From positions 41,365-105,364 of IMG/VR virus record IMGVR_UViG_3300011977_000415: a stretch of 64,000 bases of DNA, one strand, 5' to 3'. Position 1 is the first letter of the stretch, and each line of letters begins with the position of its first letter. The position numbers were made by a program, and so were the translations under genes. Shown here piece by piece: positions 38,058 through 47,500 of the stretch. Under the pieces are notes generated by a model. The model saw only the letters and a program-made list of their open reading frames with translations. It was not told the DNA's origin and did no database searches. Source of the DNA: a virus (Duplodnaviria > Caudoviricetes).

Positions 38058-38699
38058 TTATTTAATACAACATTTATTTTGAAATCTTATTTCCAAGTCG
38101 AAAACACTTTTCCCCTTGCCTTTCATCGGTTCTTTTAATCTTGATTGCATTTCTTTCAGGCGTTCCCAATACTTGGGCAAGAAACGAAAGATGTTTTCAA
38201 GTTCTTCAAGGTTCTTATTTCGGCAACACCAACAGGACACCCGCGAAAGTATGTCATATAAACGAATGCCATCTTCAACCCAAAAGAACCCTTGTTCATA
38301 GCAATATGAAAGGCAATCTTGTTCAGTCATTCGCCATTCGTCCAATGGAAACACCTTGTTCCCGTTGCGTTCCTTTTCAAGTCGCTTGGGTTCATCGTGT
38401 GCAATGCCCACATATTCGATGCAGCCTTTGCAATATGCTTCAATTGCTTTCAGCTTTGCAGTTGTCCCCCAACGACAAACGCCACCCGATTGAAAATTGT
38501 GCTTCTTGCGAAATTCCGCTTGTTGTGGTGAAAAGCGGAAATAAGAAATGGCGTTTTGTACCATAGACACGATTTCAATTCCGGCAAGCGGACGGAATCG
38601 GTCGTAAATTGCCACCACGTCAGCATTCAGGACAACGCCTTTGTTGGCGATGATAATGCCCTTGATTTCATTGCGAATTTGTTTTGTAAGATTCTTCAT
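38058..38699 (-). CDS. Chimeric ORF: unknown N-terminus + C-terminal half of a PAPS-reductase-family protein
   Basis: GGVCRWGT..YVGIAHDEPKR..FPL..LY..SRVSCWCC; the N-terminal PP-loop (SGGKDS) is absent. Confidence 0.65.
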   Translation of the reverse strand: MKNLTKQIRNEIKGIIIANKGVVLNADVVAIYDRFRPLAGIEIVSMVQNAISYFRFSPQQAEFRKKHNFQSGGVCRWGTTAKLKAIEAYCKGCIEYVGIAHDEPKRLEKERNGNKVFPLDEWRMTEQDCLSYCYEQGFFWVEDGIRLYDILSRVSCWCCRNKNLEELENIFRFLPKYWERLKEMQSRLKEPMKGKGKSVFDLEIRFQNKCCIK

Positions 38700-38740
38700 T
38701 GTTGCGAAAGATTGTGGGCGGTTGCCCGCCCGGTTGTACA

Positions 38741-38947
38741 TTACCCACGAACAAATTTGACGGTTTCATTTTGCGTGGTTTGATTTTGGAACACCCAACC
38801 AAGGTCGTATGCACGTCCATCGTCCTTGCGATGGTATCGAAACCACTTGTCATATATGCCGTTTTTGCAATCGTTCATTCCTTGGTCGTAATCGTGTCGG
38901 GCTTGCTTGATTTCAGCTTTTGCCCGGTCGATGATTTCTTGTTGCAT
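38741..38947 (-). CDS. Hypothetical protein, first gene of the leftward operon
   Basis: Lies downstream of a leftward TATCTTTG element (38970-38977). Confidence 0.55.
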   Translation of the reverse strand: MQQEIIDRAKAEIKQARHDYDQGMNDCKNGIYDKWFRYHRKDDGRAYDLGWVFQNQTTQNETVKFVRG

Positions 38948-38948
38948 C

Positions 38949-39103
38949 GTGTGTTATAGTAACACACTGCAAAGATAGATGTTTTATTTAATAAAACAAG
39001 CATTTCGGCGAAAAAAATGCACTTGCAATGCAAAATTGTTGATAAGTTGGGCATATCTTGCCCGAAAAACGTGTATGTTTCACTATAAAACACACTACCT
39101 TTG
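38949..39103. promoter_or_regulatory. Divergent control region: leftward promoter with palindrome, and putative late promoter 2 (head/tail operon)
   Basis: Palindromes at 38949-38967 and 39075-39093; tandem repeat 39038-39059; -7 boxes at 38970-38977 (-) and 39096-39103 (+). Confidence 0.65.
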
Positions 39104-39138
39104 CACGTGTTTGATTTTTAACTAAAAGTATTTGTTCA

Positions 39139-39828
39139 ATGAAAAAAACAATTTTGGCGTTACTTGTGGCAAAATTCCAAGGCGCGCGAAAAGACGGATT
39201 GAATGTGTTGGCGGGCATCCTTGCCTTACAGGCATCAACCGAAGATGAAGCGAAAGCCCTTGTCGAAAAAATCACCGATGCGCAAGTGAATGAGTTCATC
39301 AAGGATTATCGCAAAGACGTGGACAAAGAGGTGTCCGAAAGTAACAAGACGTTTGAAACCAATTTGCGCAAAAAGTACGATTTCAAGGAAAAGGAAGTTG
39401 AACCCGGCAACGACCCATCCAAGAACCCGAACGACATTGCGGAAATTGTCAAAGCAGCGGTCGCGGCAGCGGTCAAGCCCTTTGAAGAAAAATTGTCCGG
39501 TTACGAAACCAAAAACATTGCCGATTCAAGGCTTGCGCAACTCAATGAGAAATTGAACGGATGCAAGGATGAAACATTCAAGGCGCAAACCTTGAAAGAT
39601 TTCGCCCGCATGAAGTTTGAAACCGATGATGAGTTTGCGGAATACTTGAAAGACAAGGAAACGGACATCGCAACGGCGAATCAAAACGTGGCAAATGCCG
39701 CGCTTGGCGGAGCATCCGGAAAGCCCCTTTTCGCTCAAAAGGGTGATGATGGTGTTTCCAAAGGTGTTGCCGATTTCGTGGCAAGCCAAAAGCCCGAAGC
39801 AAATGCGTTTACGGGCAAAGAAGTTTAA
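39139..39828 (+). CDS. Capsid scaffolding protein
   Basis: Charged helical protein two genes upstream of the major capsid gene. Confidence 0.65.
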   Translation: MKKTILALLVAKFQGARKDGLNVLAGILALQASTEDEAKALVEKITDAQVNEFIKDYRKDVDKEVSESNKTFETNLRKKYDFKEKEVEPGNDPSKNPNDIAEIVKAAVAAAVKPFEEKLSGYETKNIADSRLAQLNEKLNGCKDETFKAQTLKDFARMKFETDDEFAEYLKDKETDIATANQNVANAALGGASGKPLFAQKGDDGVSKGVADFVASQKPEANAFTGKEV

Positions 39829-39848
39829 CCCTTTAATTTGCACAAACT

Positions 39849-40415
39849 ATGTCATTGACAATTAAAAGAGCAAAGGACAACCGCGTTGTGAAGTGCATCT
39901 TGCATCGCATCGCGGACATCCCCGGCGGTGTTACCGTAAAGACCGCCAATCTTGGCGGCACGGCATTGTTTGAGGGAACGCCCCTTGGCAAAGGCAAGGA
40001 TGGTGTGTTTGAGGTGTGCAAGACCGCCCAAATCGTTACCAAGGCAGAAGCCAACGCAACCACGTATGAGGTTGCCAAAGGACATCATTTCAAGGTGGGC
40101 GACCGCTTTGCAACTGATGCGTGCAATGGTCAATCCATCACCGCCATTGACAAGAGCGATGCCACCAAGGACATCATCACCGTTGGCACAACCCTTGGCG
40201 CGGTTGTTAATGCCGGAACTTGCGCGTTTGAATCAAGCGGCGCAAACAAGACATTGAAAGTCGTTCCGTGCGCAATCGCCGGAAGTAACGAAGATGTGGA
40301 TGCAAATTCAAATCTTTTCGTTTCCGCGTGGGTTCATGCCGTTGTGCGTGAAAGCAACGCCCCAATTGTGAACGATGCCATCAAGAACGGCATCAAAAAT
40401 GTTTCGTATGTTTAA
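39849..40415 (+). CDS. Head decoration protein
   Basis: Position between scaffold and capsid; DIPGGV..EGTPLG. Confidence 0.6.
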   Translation: MSLTIKRAKDNRVVKCILHRIADIPGGVTVKTANLGGTALFEGTPLGKGKDGVFEVCKTAQIVTKAEANATTYEVAKGHHFKVGDRFATDACNGQSITAIDKSDATKDIITVGTTLGAVVNAGTCAFESSGANKTLKVVPCAIAGSNEDVDANSNLFVSAWVHAVVRESNAPIVNDAIKNGIKNVSYV

Positions 40416-40435
40416 CCCGTAACAAGTAAACCGAT

Positions 40436-41542
40436 ATGCAGAAATCGTTAATGGTAGGGTTGAATGAAAAGGACATGGGCGCGGTTATTCGTACCTATGA
40501 CCTCAAAGATTACTATTATCCAACCCTTTTCCCGCTGAAAGAAACCAATTTCTTGACGTGGAAGATGCTTGAAGCGCAATCGGGCTTGAAGATTGCCGCC
40601 GACCTTGTTTCAAGGGGCGCAACAATCCCCCGCAAGACCCGTGAAGCGATTTCACGCATTCAAGGTGATATTCCCAAAATTACCATATCGCGCGAAAAGA
40701 ACGAGGATGAATTGACCGAATATGACATCATGGTTGCCATGTCGTCAAACAACCCCGATTTGCAAGCCCTTGTGGAATTTTGGGCGGAGGACACCAAGTT
40801 TTGTTGGGATGGTGTTGCAGCCCGTGCCGAATGGATTGCGTTGAAGCAAATTTCGCTTGGCAAGGTTACATTCACCAACTCTAACAATGCCGCAGTCGTA
40901 ACCGAATACGATGTTGATTACCTTATCCCCGCCGAGCAGAAAATCGGCGTGGCTACATCGTACACCACGGGCGTTGCCGGAAAGCCTTTCACCAAGGATT
41001 TCCCCGCCGCCTTGAAGTTGGGCAAACAGTTATATGGCGCGAAGTACAAGTTTGCGTTCATGAACACCGACACATTCGAGAAACTCGCCGCACAAGAGGA
41101 AGTTTACAAAAAGTGTGCAACGTTCATCCAAAACGCGACCGACACACAGGATGCGCCCGACCTTGCAACCGTGAATGCCTATCTTTCCAAGAAAAAGGAA
41201 TTGTTCAAAGGCTTGCAGATTATCGTGATTGACCAAGACATCACGATTGAACTTGCCGATGGAACACGCATCACCGAAAACCCGTTTGAGGATGATGTAA
41301 TCCTTTTCAGCGAAAGCAAAGTTCTTGGCAACACGTATTGGAAGAAACCGATTGACGCAAAGGCGATGCCCGGCAGCGTTGCCGACAAGGTAATGCACGG
41401 ACATACCCTTGTCAAGAAGTATTCCGATGAATCGCCCGTTCGCGAAGTAACCGAGGGAATTGCAAACCTTTTCCCGGCTTGGTCGCTTGCCGGACGTTCC
41501 GTGTTGATGCAAGTTAATGCCACCTCGTGGAACAAAAACTAA
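40436..41542 (+). CDS. Major capsid protein (Phage_cap_E-like)
   Basis: LFP..AADLVS..GDIPKI..REKNE..ARAEW; size and position. Confidence 0.85.
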   Translation: MQKSLMVGLNEKDMGAVIRTYDLKDYYYPTLFPLKETNFLTWKMLEAQSGLKIAADLVSRGATIPRKTREAISRIQGDIPKITISREKNEDELTEYDIMVAMSSNNPDLQALVEFWAEDTKFCWDGVAARAEWIALKQISLGKVTFTNSNNAAVVTEYDVDYLIPAEQKIGVATSYTTGVAGKPFTKDFPAALKLGKQLYGAKYKFAFMNTDTFEKLAAQEEVYKKCATFIQNATDTQDAPDLATVNAYLSKKKELFKGLQIIVIDQDITIELADGTRITENPFEDDVILFSESKVLGNTYWKKPIDAKAMPGSVADKVMHGHTLVKKYSDESPVREVTEGIANLFPAWSLAGRSVLMQVNATSWNKN

Positions 41543-41612
41543 CATTGAACAATGGGGCGGTGGCGGTTAAAGCGTAGGACACCGCCCCGGCGTTCGTAAT
41601 GCAAGAAGTGAT

Positions 41613-41927
41613 ATGACAAACAAGGAATATTTGACCAAATCGTTGAACGGCATGAACCTTTCGGATGATGACATCGAAATCATCATGTTGAAAGGCGGCA
41701 TTGATGGTGATGCCCCGGCATCGGCGCATGATTGCGATGTTGCCGTTTACAATCGTTTTTCCGTTGTGCTTAAAGGCGCGATGCAAAACGTGTCCGAGGG
41801 CGGAATGTCTATTTCGTGGAACATTGAAGCGATGAAGATGTATTACAACGCCCTTTGCAATGAATATGGCAAGGAAAACTTGCTTGCCACACGTCCGAAG
41901 ATTCGCAACCGTTCAAACATGTGGTGA
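41613..41927 (+). CDS. Head-tail adaptor
   Basis: NVSEGGMSISW motif; follows the capsid gene. Confidence 0.7.
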   Translation: MTNKEYLTKSLNGMNLSDDDIEIIMLKGGIDGDAPASAHDCDVAVYNRFSVVLKGAMQNVSEGGMSISWNIEAMKMYYNALCNEYGKENLLATRPKIRNRSNMW

Positions 41928-41929
41928 TT

Positions 41930-42265
41930 ATGGCAAACGTGAAGCAATACCCACATTTCCTTTTCATTGAGGAAACCCCGGAATCCGTACAGGATGCGGC
42001 GGGCAATTGGATTGAAAGCGAATCATCGCGCAAGTTTCTTTCCCGATGCCGGGAAGAATCGGATGGCAGAGGAACGGAATACCAAGTTGCGGGTGGCAAG
42101 ACCATCAAGGCAACGTCCGTGATACAATTGCCCAAGTCATGCCCCAAGGTGGACAAGGGCGCGCGTGTCATCATTGCAAACGATATGGATTGTTCGGACA
42201 TCCGCATGATTGCAATATGCTTGAACTTTGACGCGGCACAATTACATTCACGCTTATGGCTATAA
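41930..42265 (+). CDS. Head closure protein
   Basis: Position and size; QDAAGNW. Confidence 0.6.
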   Translation: MANVKQYPHFLFIEETPESVQDAAGNWIESESSRKFLSRCREESDGRGTEYQVAGGKTIKATSVIQLPKSCPKVDKGARVIIANDMDCSDIRMIAICLNFDAAQLHSRLWL

Positions 42266-42723
42266 AGGCGAATTTTACACAAGAAGATGTGCGCAAGCGA
42301 TTCGATGCGTTCTTGTCGGAAATCGAAAAGAAGCAGATTGCCCGGTTGCAACGATTGGGCGAAATGTGTTTGGTTGAAGCAAGAAACAACAAAGGATATA
42401 TGATGCAGACCGGGGCATTGCTATCGTCCACGGGGTATCAAGTCTTTGTGGATGGCGTTGCCGTACATTCCCAATTCGATGCGGCAAGCGGTGCGGAAAG
42501 TGGTGCAGCCGCCACGGGCATGAAAGCCGGACAAAGCATTGCGGAGCGTGTCGGAAAGGGAACAAAGGGCGTTGCCCTTGTTGTGGTCGCCGGAATGAAT
42601 TATGCCGCATACGTTGAAGCCAAAGGATATAATGTGCTATCAAGTGCGGAACACCTTGCAGAACGGGAATTGCCCCGAATGTTAGACAAACTTATTACCA
42701 ACATCAAACGTGCAGCGGAATGA
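42256..42723 (+). CDS. HK97 gp10-like tail completion protein
   Basis: QTGALLSS..VVAGMNYAAYVE. Confidence 0.75.
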   Translation: MAIKANFTQEDVRKRFDAFLSEIEKKQIARLQRLGEMCLVEARNNKGYMMQTGALLSSTGYQVFVDGVAVHSQFDAASGAESGAAATGMKAGQSIAERVGKGTKGVALVVVAGMNYAAYVEAKGYNVLSSAEHLAERELPRMLDKLITNIKRAAE

Positions 42724-43121
42724 AAACACCATTTGACACCAACGAAATCTTGATGGGGTTGTTGATGGGCAACACATCCATCAAGGGCGGTTATTACCAT
42801 GAGGGCGACCGCCCGGATAATTCCACGGACGAAGATATTGTGGTGAACACGATTGATTTAACGGTGGACACATTGCCCCAAATCGGCACATCCAACGTGA
42901 ACATTTATGTGCCGGACACATCCAAGAAGATTCGCGGCAAAATGATGGTGTTGCCGAACCGCACACGATTGAAAGAGTTGGCAAGCGAAGTCGCGGCAAT
43001 CATCCGTGAATCGCGTATTCCCGGAATTAAGGCGGTGTCCGGCACGATGTCCATCATGGGCGAACCGAACACCAAACAACATTTCGTGAATATCCGCGTG
43101 GATTGGAACATTCAAGTTTAA
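42720..43121 (+). CDS. Tail terminator protein
   Basis: Position before the tail tube; EDIVVN..NVNIYVPD. Confidence 0.6.
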   Translation: MKTPFDTNEILMGLLMGNTSIKGGYYHEGDRPDNSTDEDIVVNTIDLTVDTLPQIGTSNVNIYVPDTSKKIRGKMMVLPNRTRLKELASEVAAIIRESRIPGIKAVSGTMSIMGEPNTKQHFVNIRVDWNIQV

Positions 43122-43141
43122 TTTTTTAATTCTAATCGTAT

Positions 43142-43654
43142 ATGGCAACAAGAACATCACTTATCACCCTTGGACTTTGTGAAATCCAAGTTGGCGAAGC
43201 GAGCGTTGCGGGAACAATGCCCGTGTCGCTTGTCAAGATAGGCAAAACCTATAAAGACACGTGCAAGATTGCACAGGATTCCGCCGATGTTACCGAACAT
43301 TACGAGGAGGGCAAAGCCGCCCCGGAAGTGCGCAAGAAGTCGCGCAAAATGCCGACCTTGACATTTTCCATCATGGATGCGTGCGTGCAAGACCTTGTGG
43401 ATTATGTCGGCGGCGAAAATGTCGGTTCATCGGACACCCCGGCTTGGGGTTATGATGGCGATGAAGTCGTGGTGAACAAGGCAATCAAGGTAGTAACCGA
43501 ACAAGGTTTGGACTTTGAAATCCCCAACGGCGACATCGAAGCAGTCATCAACGCCGATATGTCCGCCAAGGGTATTTTCCTTGTGGACTTTACCGTTACC
43601 CCGTGTGCGGTTGCAGCCGGAAAGGCTTTGCGCGGCAAACCAAAGAGCAAATAA
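43142..43654 (+). CDS. Major tail (tube) protein
   Basis: Position; beta-rich; followed by a terminator-like hairpin. Confidence 0.7.
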   Translation: MATRTSLITLGLCEIQVGEASVAGTMPVSLVKIGKTYKDTCKIAQDSADVTEHYEEGKAAPEVRKKSRKMPTLTFSIMDACVQDLVDYVGGENVGSSDTPAWGYDGDEVVVNKAIKVVTEQGLDFEIPNGDIEAVINADMSAKGIFLVDFTVTPCAVAAGKALRGKPKSK

Positions 43655-43679
43655 GGCGCGGGGCGCAAATGATAACCCG

Positions 43680-43714
43680 AAGCCCCGGAGAGCGACAACG
43701 CCTTTGGGGCTTTT
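43680..43714 (+). terminator. Intrinsic terminator-like hairpin after the tail tube gene
   Basis: AAGCCCC...GGGGCTT followed by TT. Confidence 0.5.
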
Positions 43715-43727
43715 ATAGTATATCCGC

Positions 43728-44285
43728 ATGAATAACGATAATAAAAGACAACTTGAACAGGAACGCCAAGAATTGAACACGTTGATTGGCAAAGGCGTAT
43801 CGTTTGAAATCAAGGATGTAGAAGTGGAAACACAATCCCGGTTTTTTGGCTTGGTCAAAAAGCACGTCCGCAATGAGGTAACGCGCAAATATACCATCAA
43901 CGAACCGACATTGGCGACCCTTGACCGCCTTTCGCGCGAATGGGTGGAATTTGCCATTGATGATGATGCGTTGAAATCCGCCGATGGCATGACCGCCGCC
44001 CGGACGTTGGCACGAACGCAAGCCATACGATGCGCCCGCGTGATTGCCATTGCCGTACTTGGCGAAGATAGATTGATTCCCATGCCGGGCATCGGATGCA
44101 CGCGATGGATTGAGGATGAACGCAAGGTGGACGAATTGACCGAACTTTTTGCCCGGACAATCAAGCCATCACGCCTTTACCAACTTTATTCCGTGGTGAA
44201 CACGATGTGCAATCTTGGGGATTTTGTGAACTCTATTCGGTTAATGTGTACCGAAAGAACCACCGCGCCGAATCGGATAGAGTAA
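43728..44285 (+). CDS. Tail assembly chaperone
   Basis: Between the tube and tape measure genes; overlapped by a -1 frame ORF. Confidence 0.7.
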   Translation: MNNDNKRQLEQERQELNTLIGKGVSFEIKDVEVETQSRFFGLVKKHVRNEVTRKYTINEPTLATLDRLSREWVEFAIDDDALKSADGMTAARTLARTQAIRCARVIAIAVLGEDRLIPMPGIGCTRWIEDERKVDELTELFARTIKPSRLYQLYSVVNTMCNLGDFVNSIRLMCTERTTAPNRIE

Positions 44286-44506
44286 AGCAAAGCGGGCTTA
44301 ATTCCCCGCATGGTCGCCGGGGTGCAATATGTGAGCATTTCGGATGGACATACGATTATTTGCTTCATGGCGTGGCATGGTCAATTGTTCAACGCATGAT
44401 GATTGATGCATCATCATTCGATGATACGGATGGCGATGTGAACGAAATCGAATTGTCGGAGAGCAACCAAGAACAAATTTTGAATTATGTAAATTCTTTA
44501 TTGTAA
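44207..44506 (+). CDS. Tail assembly chaperone extension (-1 frame, lambda gpGT-like)
   Basis: Open -1 frame overlapping the chaperone end; GAICEHFGWTYDYLLHG..WSIVQRMMID. Confidence 0.6.
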   Translation: MQSWGFCELYSVNVYRKNHRAESDRVKQSGLNSPHGRRGAICEHFGWTYDYLLHGVAWSIVQRMMIDASSFDDTDGDVNEIELSESNQEQILNYVNSLL

Positions 44507-44509
44507 TAT

Positions 44510-47500
44510 ATGGCAGATGTAAACGGGGGCGCATTGTCCTTTACGTCCGTTATGGACAACGAAAAGATGAACGCGGCAATCGAAGAAACGTTGCGCCGCG
44601 TCCAAGGCTTTTCCGATGCCGTTGTTGGTAGCGGTGATGCGATGGACAAAACAACGCAAGAAATCGTTGAATCCATCAACATCCAAAAGCGCGTCATCAA
44701 CGAGTTGGAAAACACCGTTGCCGAATTGAATGCCAAAATCAATTCGGTTGAACCCGGTGCAGCACAAGACGCATTGATTGAACAAGCAAACGCCGTGCGC
44801 GCCGAATTGGATGGCGAGAAACAAGGGATGGTCGCCCTTATCAACGAATTGAACAACTTGCAGCGTGCAAACGCCGGAGTTGCGGCAACACAAGAAGAAA
44901 TCCGCGCCGGGCTTGGGCAAATAGGTGCAGCGTGCGAAATGCACGAAACCGCCCTTGCATCCCTTGAAGATGAATATGCCAAGATTTCGGCGCAAATGAA
45001 CACCGCGTTGAAATCCGGCAATGATAACGAATACCGGGCATTGCGCGAACGTGCGCAAGCGATAAAGGGCGAAATCACCACGCGCAAACAGTTGTTGAAA
45101 GAATTGCGCGACCAATCCAATGCCCTTGAAGCGGAAGCCACGAAGATGGAACAAGCGGCGGCAGCGGCAAACAACACCGCACAAGCCCATGTTTCGTTGC
45201 GTTCACGCATTCGCGAATTGCGCGAGGAAATGGCATTGTACCGGGAACAATTCGGCGACCAAACGGATAAATACCGGGAAATGTCGGCGGAACTTGGACG
45301 TTTGCAAGACATTCAAGGCGACATTCAAGCGCAAGGAAGCATTCTTTCAAACGACCAAGCACAATTTCAAGGTATCATTACCGGATTGAATGGTGTTGTT
45401 GGTGGATTCACCGCGGCACAAGGTGCGGTGGCATTGTTCGCCGGGGAAAACGAGAACTTGCAAAAGATAATGTTGAAAGTTCAATCGTTGATGTCCATCA
45501 CGATGGGATTGCAACAGGTATCGGCAACGTTGAACAAGGATTCGGCATTCCGGTTGGCAACGGTCAATTCATTGCGTGAATGGTGGAACAAATTGCTTGC
45601 CATCGGTCGCGGTGAACAAATTGCATCCACGGCGGCAACGGTTGCGGACACCACGGCAACAACCGCATCCACGGTGGCAACAACCGCCAACACGGCGGCA
45701 CAAACGGCGGCAAACGGCGCGAAAACGGCAAGCATTGGAGCATCAACAGGAGCAGCGGCGGCGCAAGGCGTGCAAACCGCATCGGCGGTTGCCGGAACGG
45801 CGGCAAACATTGGGCTTGCCGGGGCATTCCGAATGGTCGGCGCGGCGATTAAATCAATCCCGGTGTTCGGTTGGATTCTTGCCGGAATATCGGCGTTAAT
45901 TGCGCTTGTTTCGCATTTCGTTGGCAAGGCAAATGAAGCCAAAAAGGCGGCGGAAGAATGGTATAATGCCATCGCCGAAAATTCATACAAGCCCATTGCG
46001 GCAATCATGGATTTGTCGGCGCGTTGGAACGCGCTTGGCAACGACCTTGAAGCCAAGAAACAGTTCATCGAAGATAACAAAAAGGCTTTCGATGATTTGG
46101 GCGCGTCCGTCAATGATGTTGTTGATGCCGAAAATTTGCTTGTCAAAAACAAGGATGCGTTCATCAACGCCCAAATTGAAAAGGCAAAGGCGACAATCTA
46201 TTTGCAACAAGCCACCGAAAAGGTAAAGGAACTAATCAAAAAGGAACAAGAGGTGGCGGCGATGCCGGAAAAATCGTCCACATACGTTCAAACATCATCG
46301 TATGGCACGGGTTATTGGGTTGAGGGCATCAACCAAGCAAAGGTTGAAGCCAAAAAGGAATTGGCGGATTTGAGAGCCGAAATTACACAAGGGTTTACCA
46401 ATGCAGCCGAAGCCGAAAAACGCGGGTTCAATATATTGAAGAACGCCGGAGTTTCGGCAACGCAAACATACGCCAAGGGTTCGTTGGGTGCAATCCAACA
46501 GGCAATCGCCTTGAAACAAGAAGCGTTGAAGAAATTGACCAACAATGCCGATTACCAAAAGGCAATGAAAGAAATCGAAGCATTGCAGAAACAGGCGGAC
46601 AAAATTACCGGGAAAACCACAACCACATCCGGCGGTGGTGGCGGTGGTGGTCGTTCATCCGGCGGTGGTGGTACGAAAAAAGACCCGTTCTTGGAGAAAT
46701 TGGCAAAGTACAAATCCGAATATGCCCGTTTCCAAAAGTGGGTCAATTCCGGTGATGCCATCATCCAAAAGGCGGCGGCAACCGAATTTGACGGATTATT
46801 GAAGCAAGGCGCAACATATATTGACTATTTGAAGCGGCAACGCGACATCATCTTGGATGTGGATGTTGCCAACCGGACGAAAGCCCAAAACAAGCAATTG
46901 CGCCAACTGAACGATGCCATTGCAGAGGAAACCAAGAACACCGTGCTTGAAGCATTCAACAACGAATTGTCGGCATCCCTTGCCAACGCCAAAACCGTGC
47001 TTGAAATGCTGAAAGTGATTGAAGCCAAGCGAAAGGAATTATCCGGCGATGGTACGGAATTGGATAACGCCAAGGCAAAATCGTTGGATAATGCCGAAGA
47101 AAAAGCCAATGCCGAAGCAGCCAAACAAACGGAAGCCCTTTTGACGGAATACGCATCGTTCACGGAGCAGAAACGCCGCCTTGATGAACAATACCGCATT
47201 GATAAGGAATTGTTAGACCGCCGATTGGCAAAGGCGACATCGGCGGCGGAAATTGCCGAAATCAAGAACGTGATGGCGGAACGTGAAAAGAAGTACAACA
47301 AGGACGTGTTGAACGTTGGCGGTTACGATGATATATTGAACCAATATGGTGGTTATGAGCAAAAGAAAACCCGCATACAAGAACAATATGCGGAACGCCG
47401 CCGCATTGCTGAATTGAACGGCAACACCAAGTTATTGGAACAGTTGGCGACCGCCGAACAAAACGAACTTTCCAAGTTGCAAAGCGATTTGATTAAAAAT

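Noticed and set aside
46616-46672. GGT/GGC repeat in the tape measure gene as a contingency locus
   Set aside because: In-frame Gly/Ser/Thr linker with mixed codons
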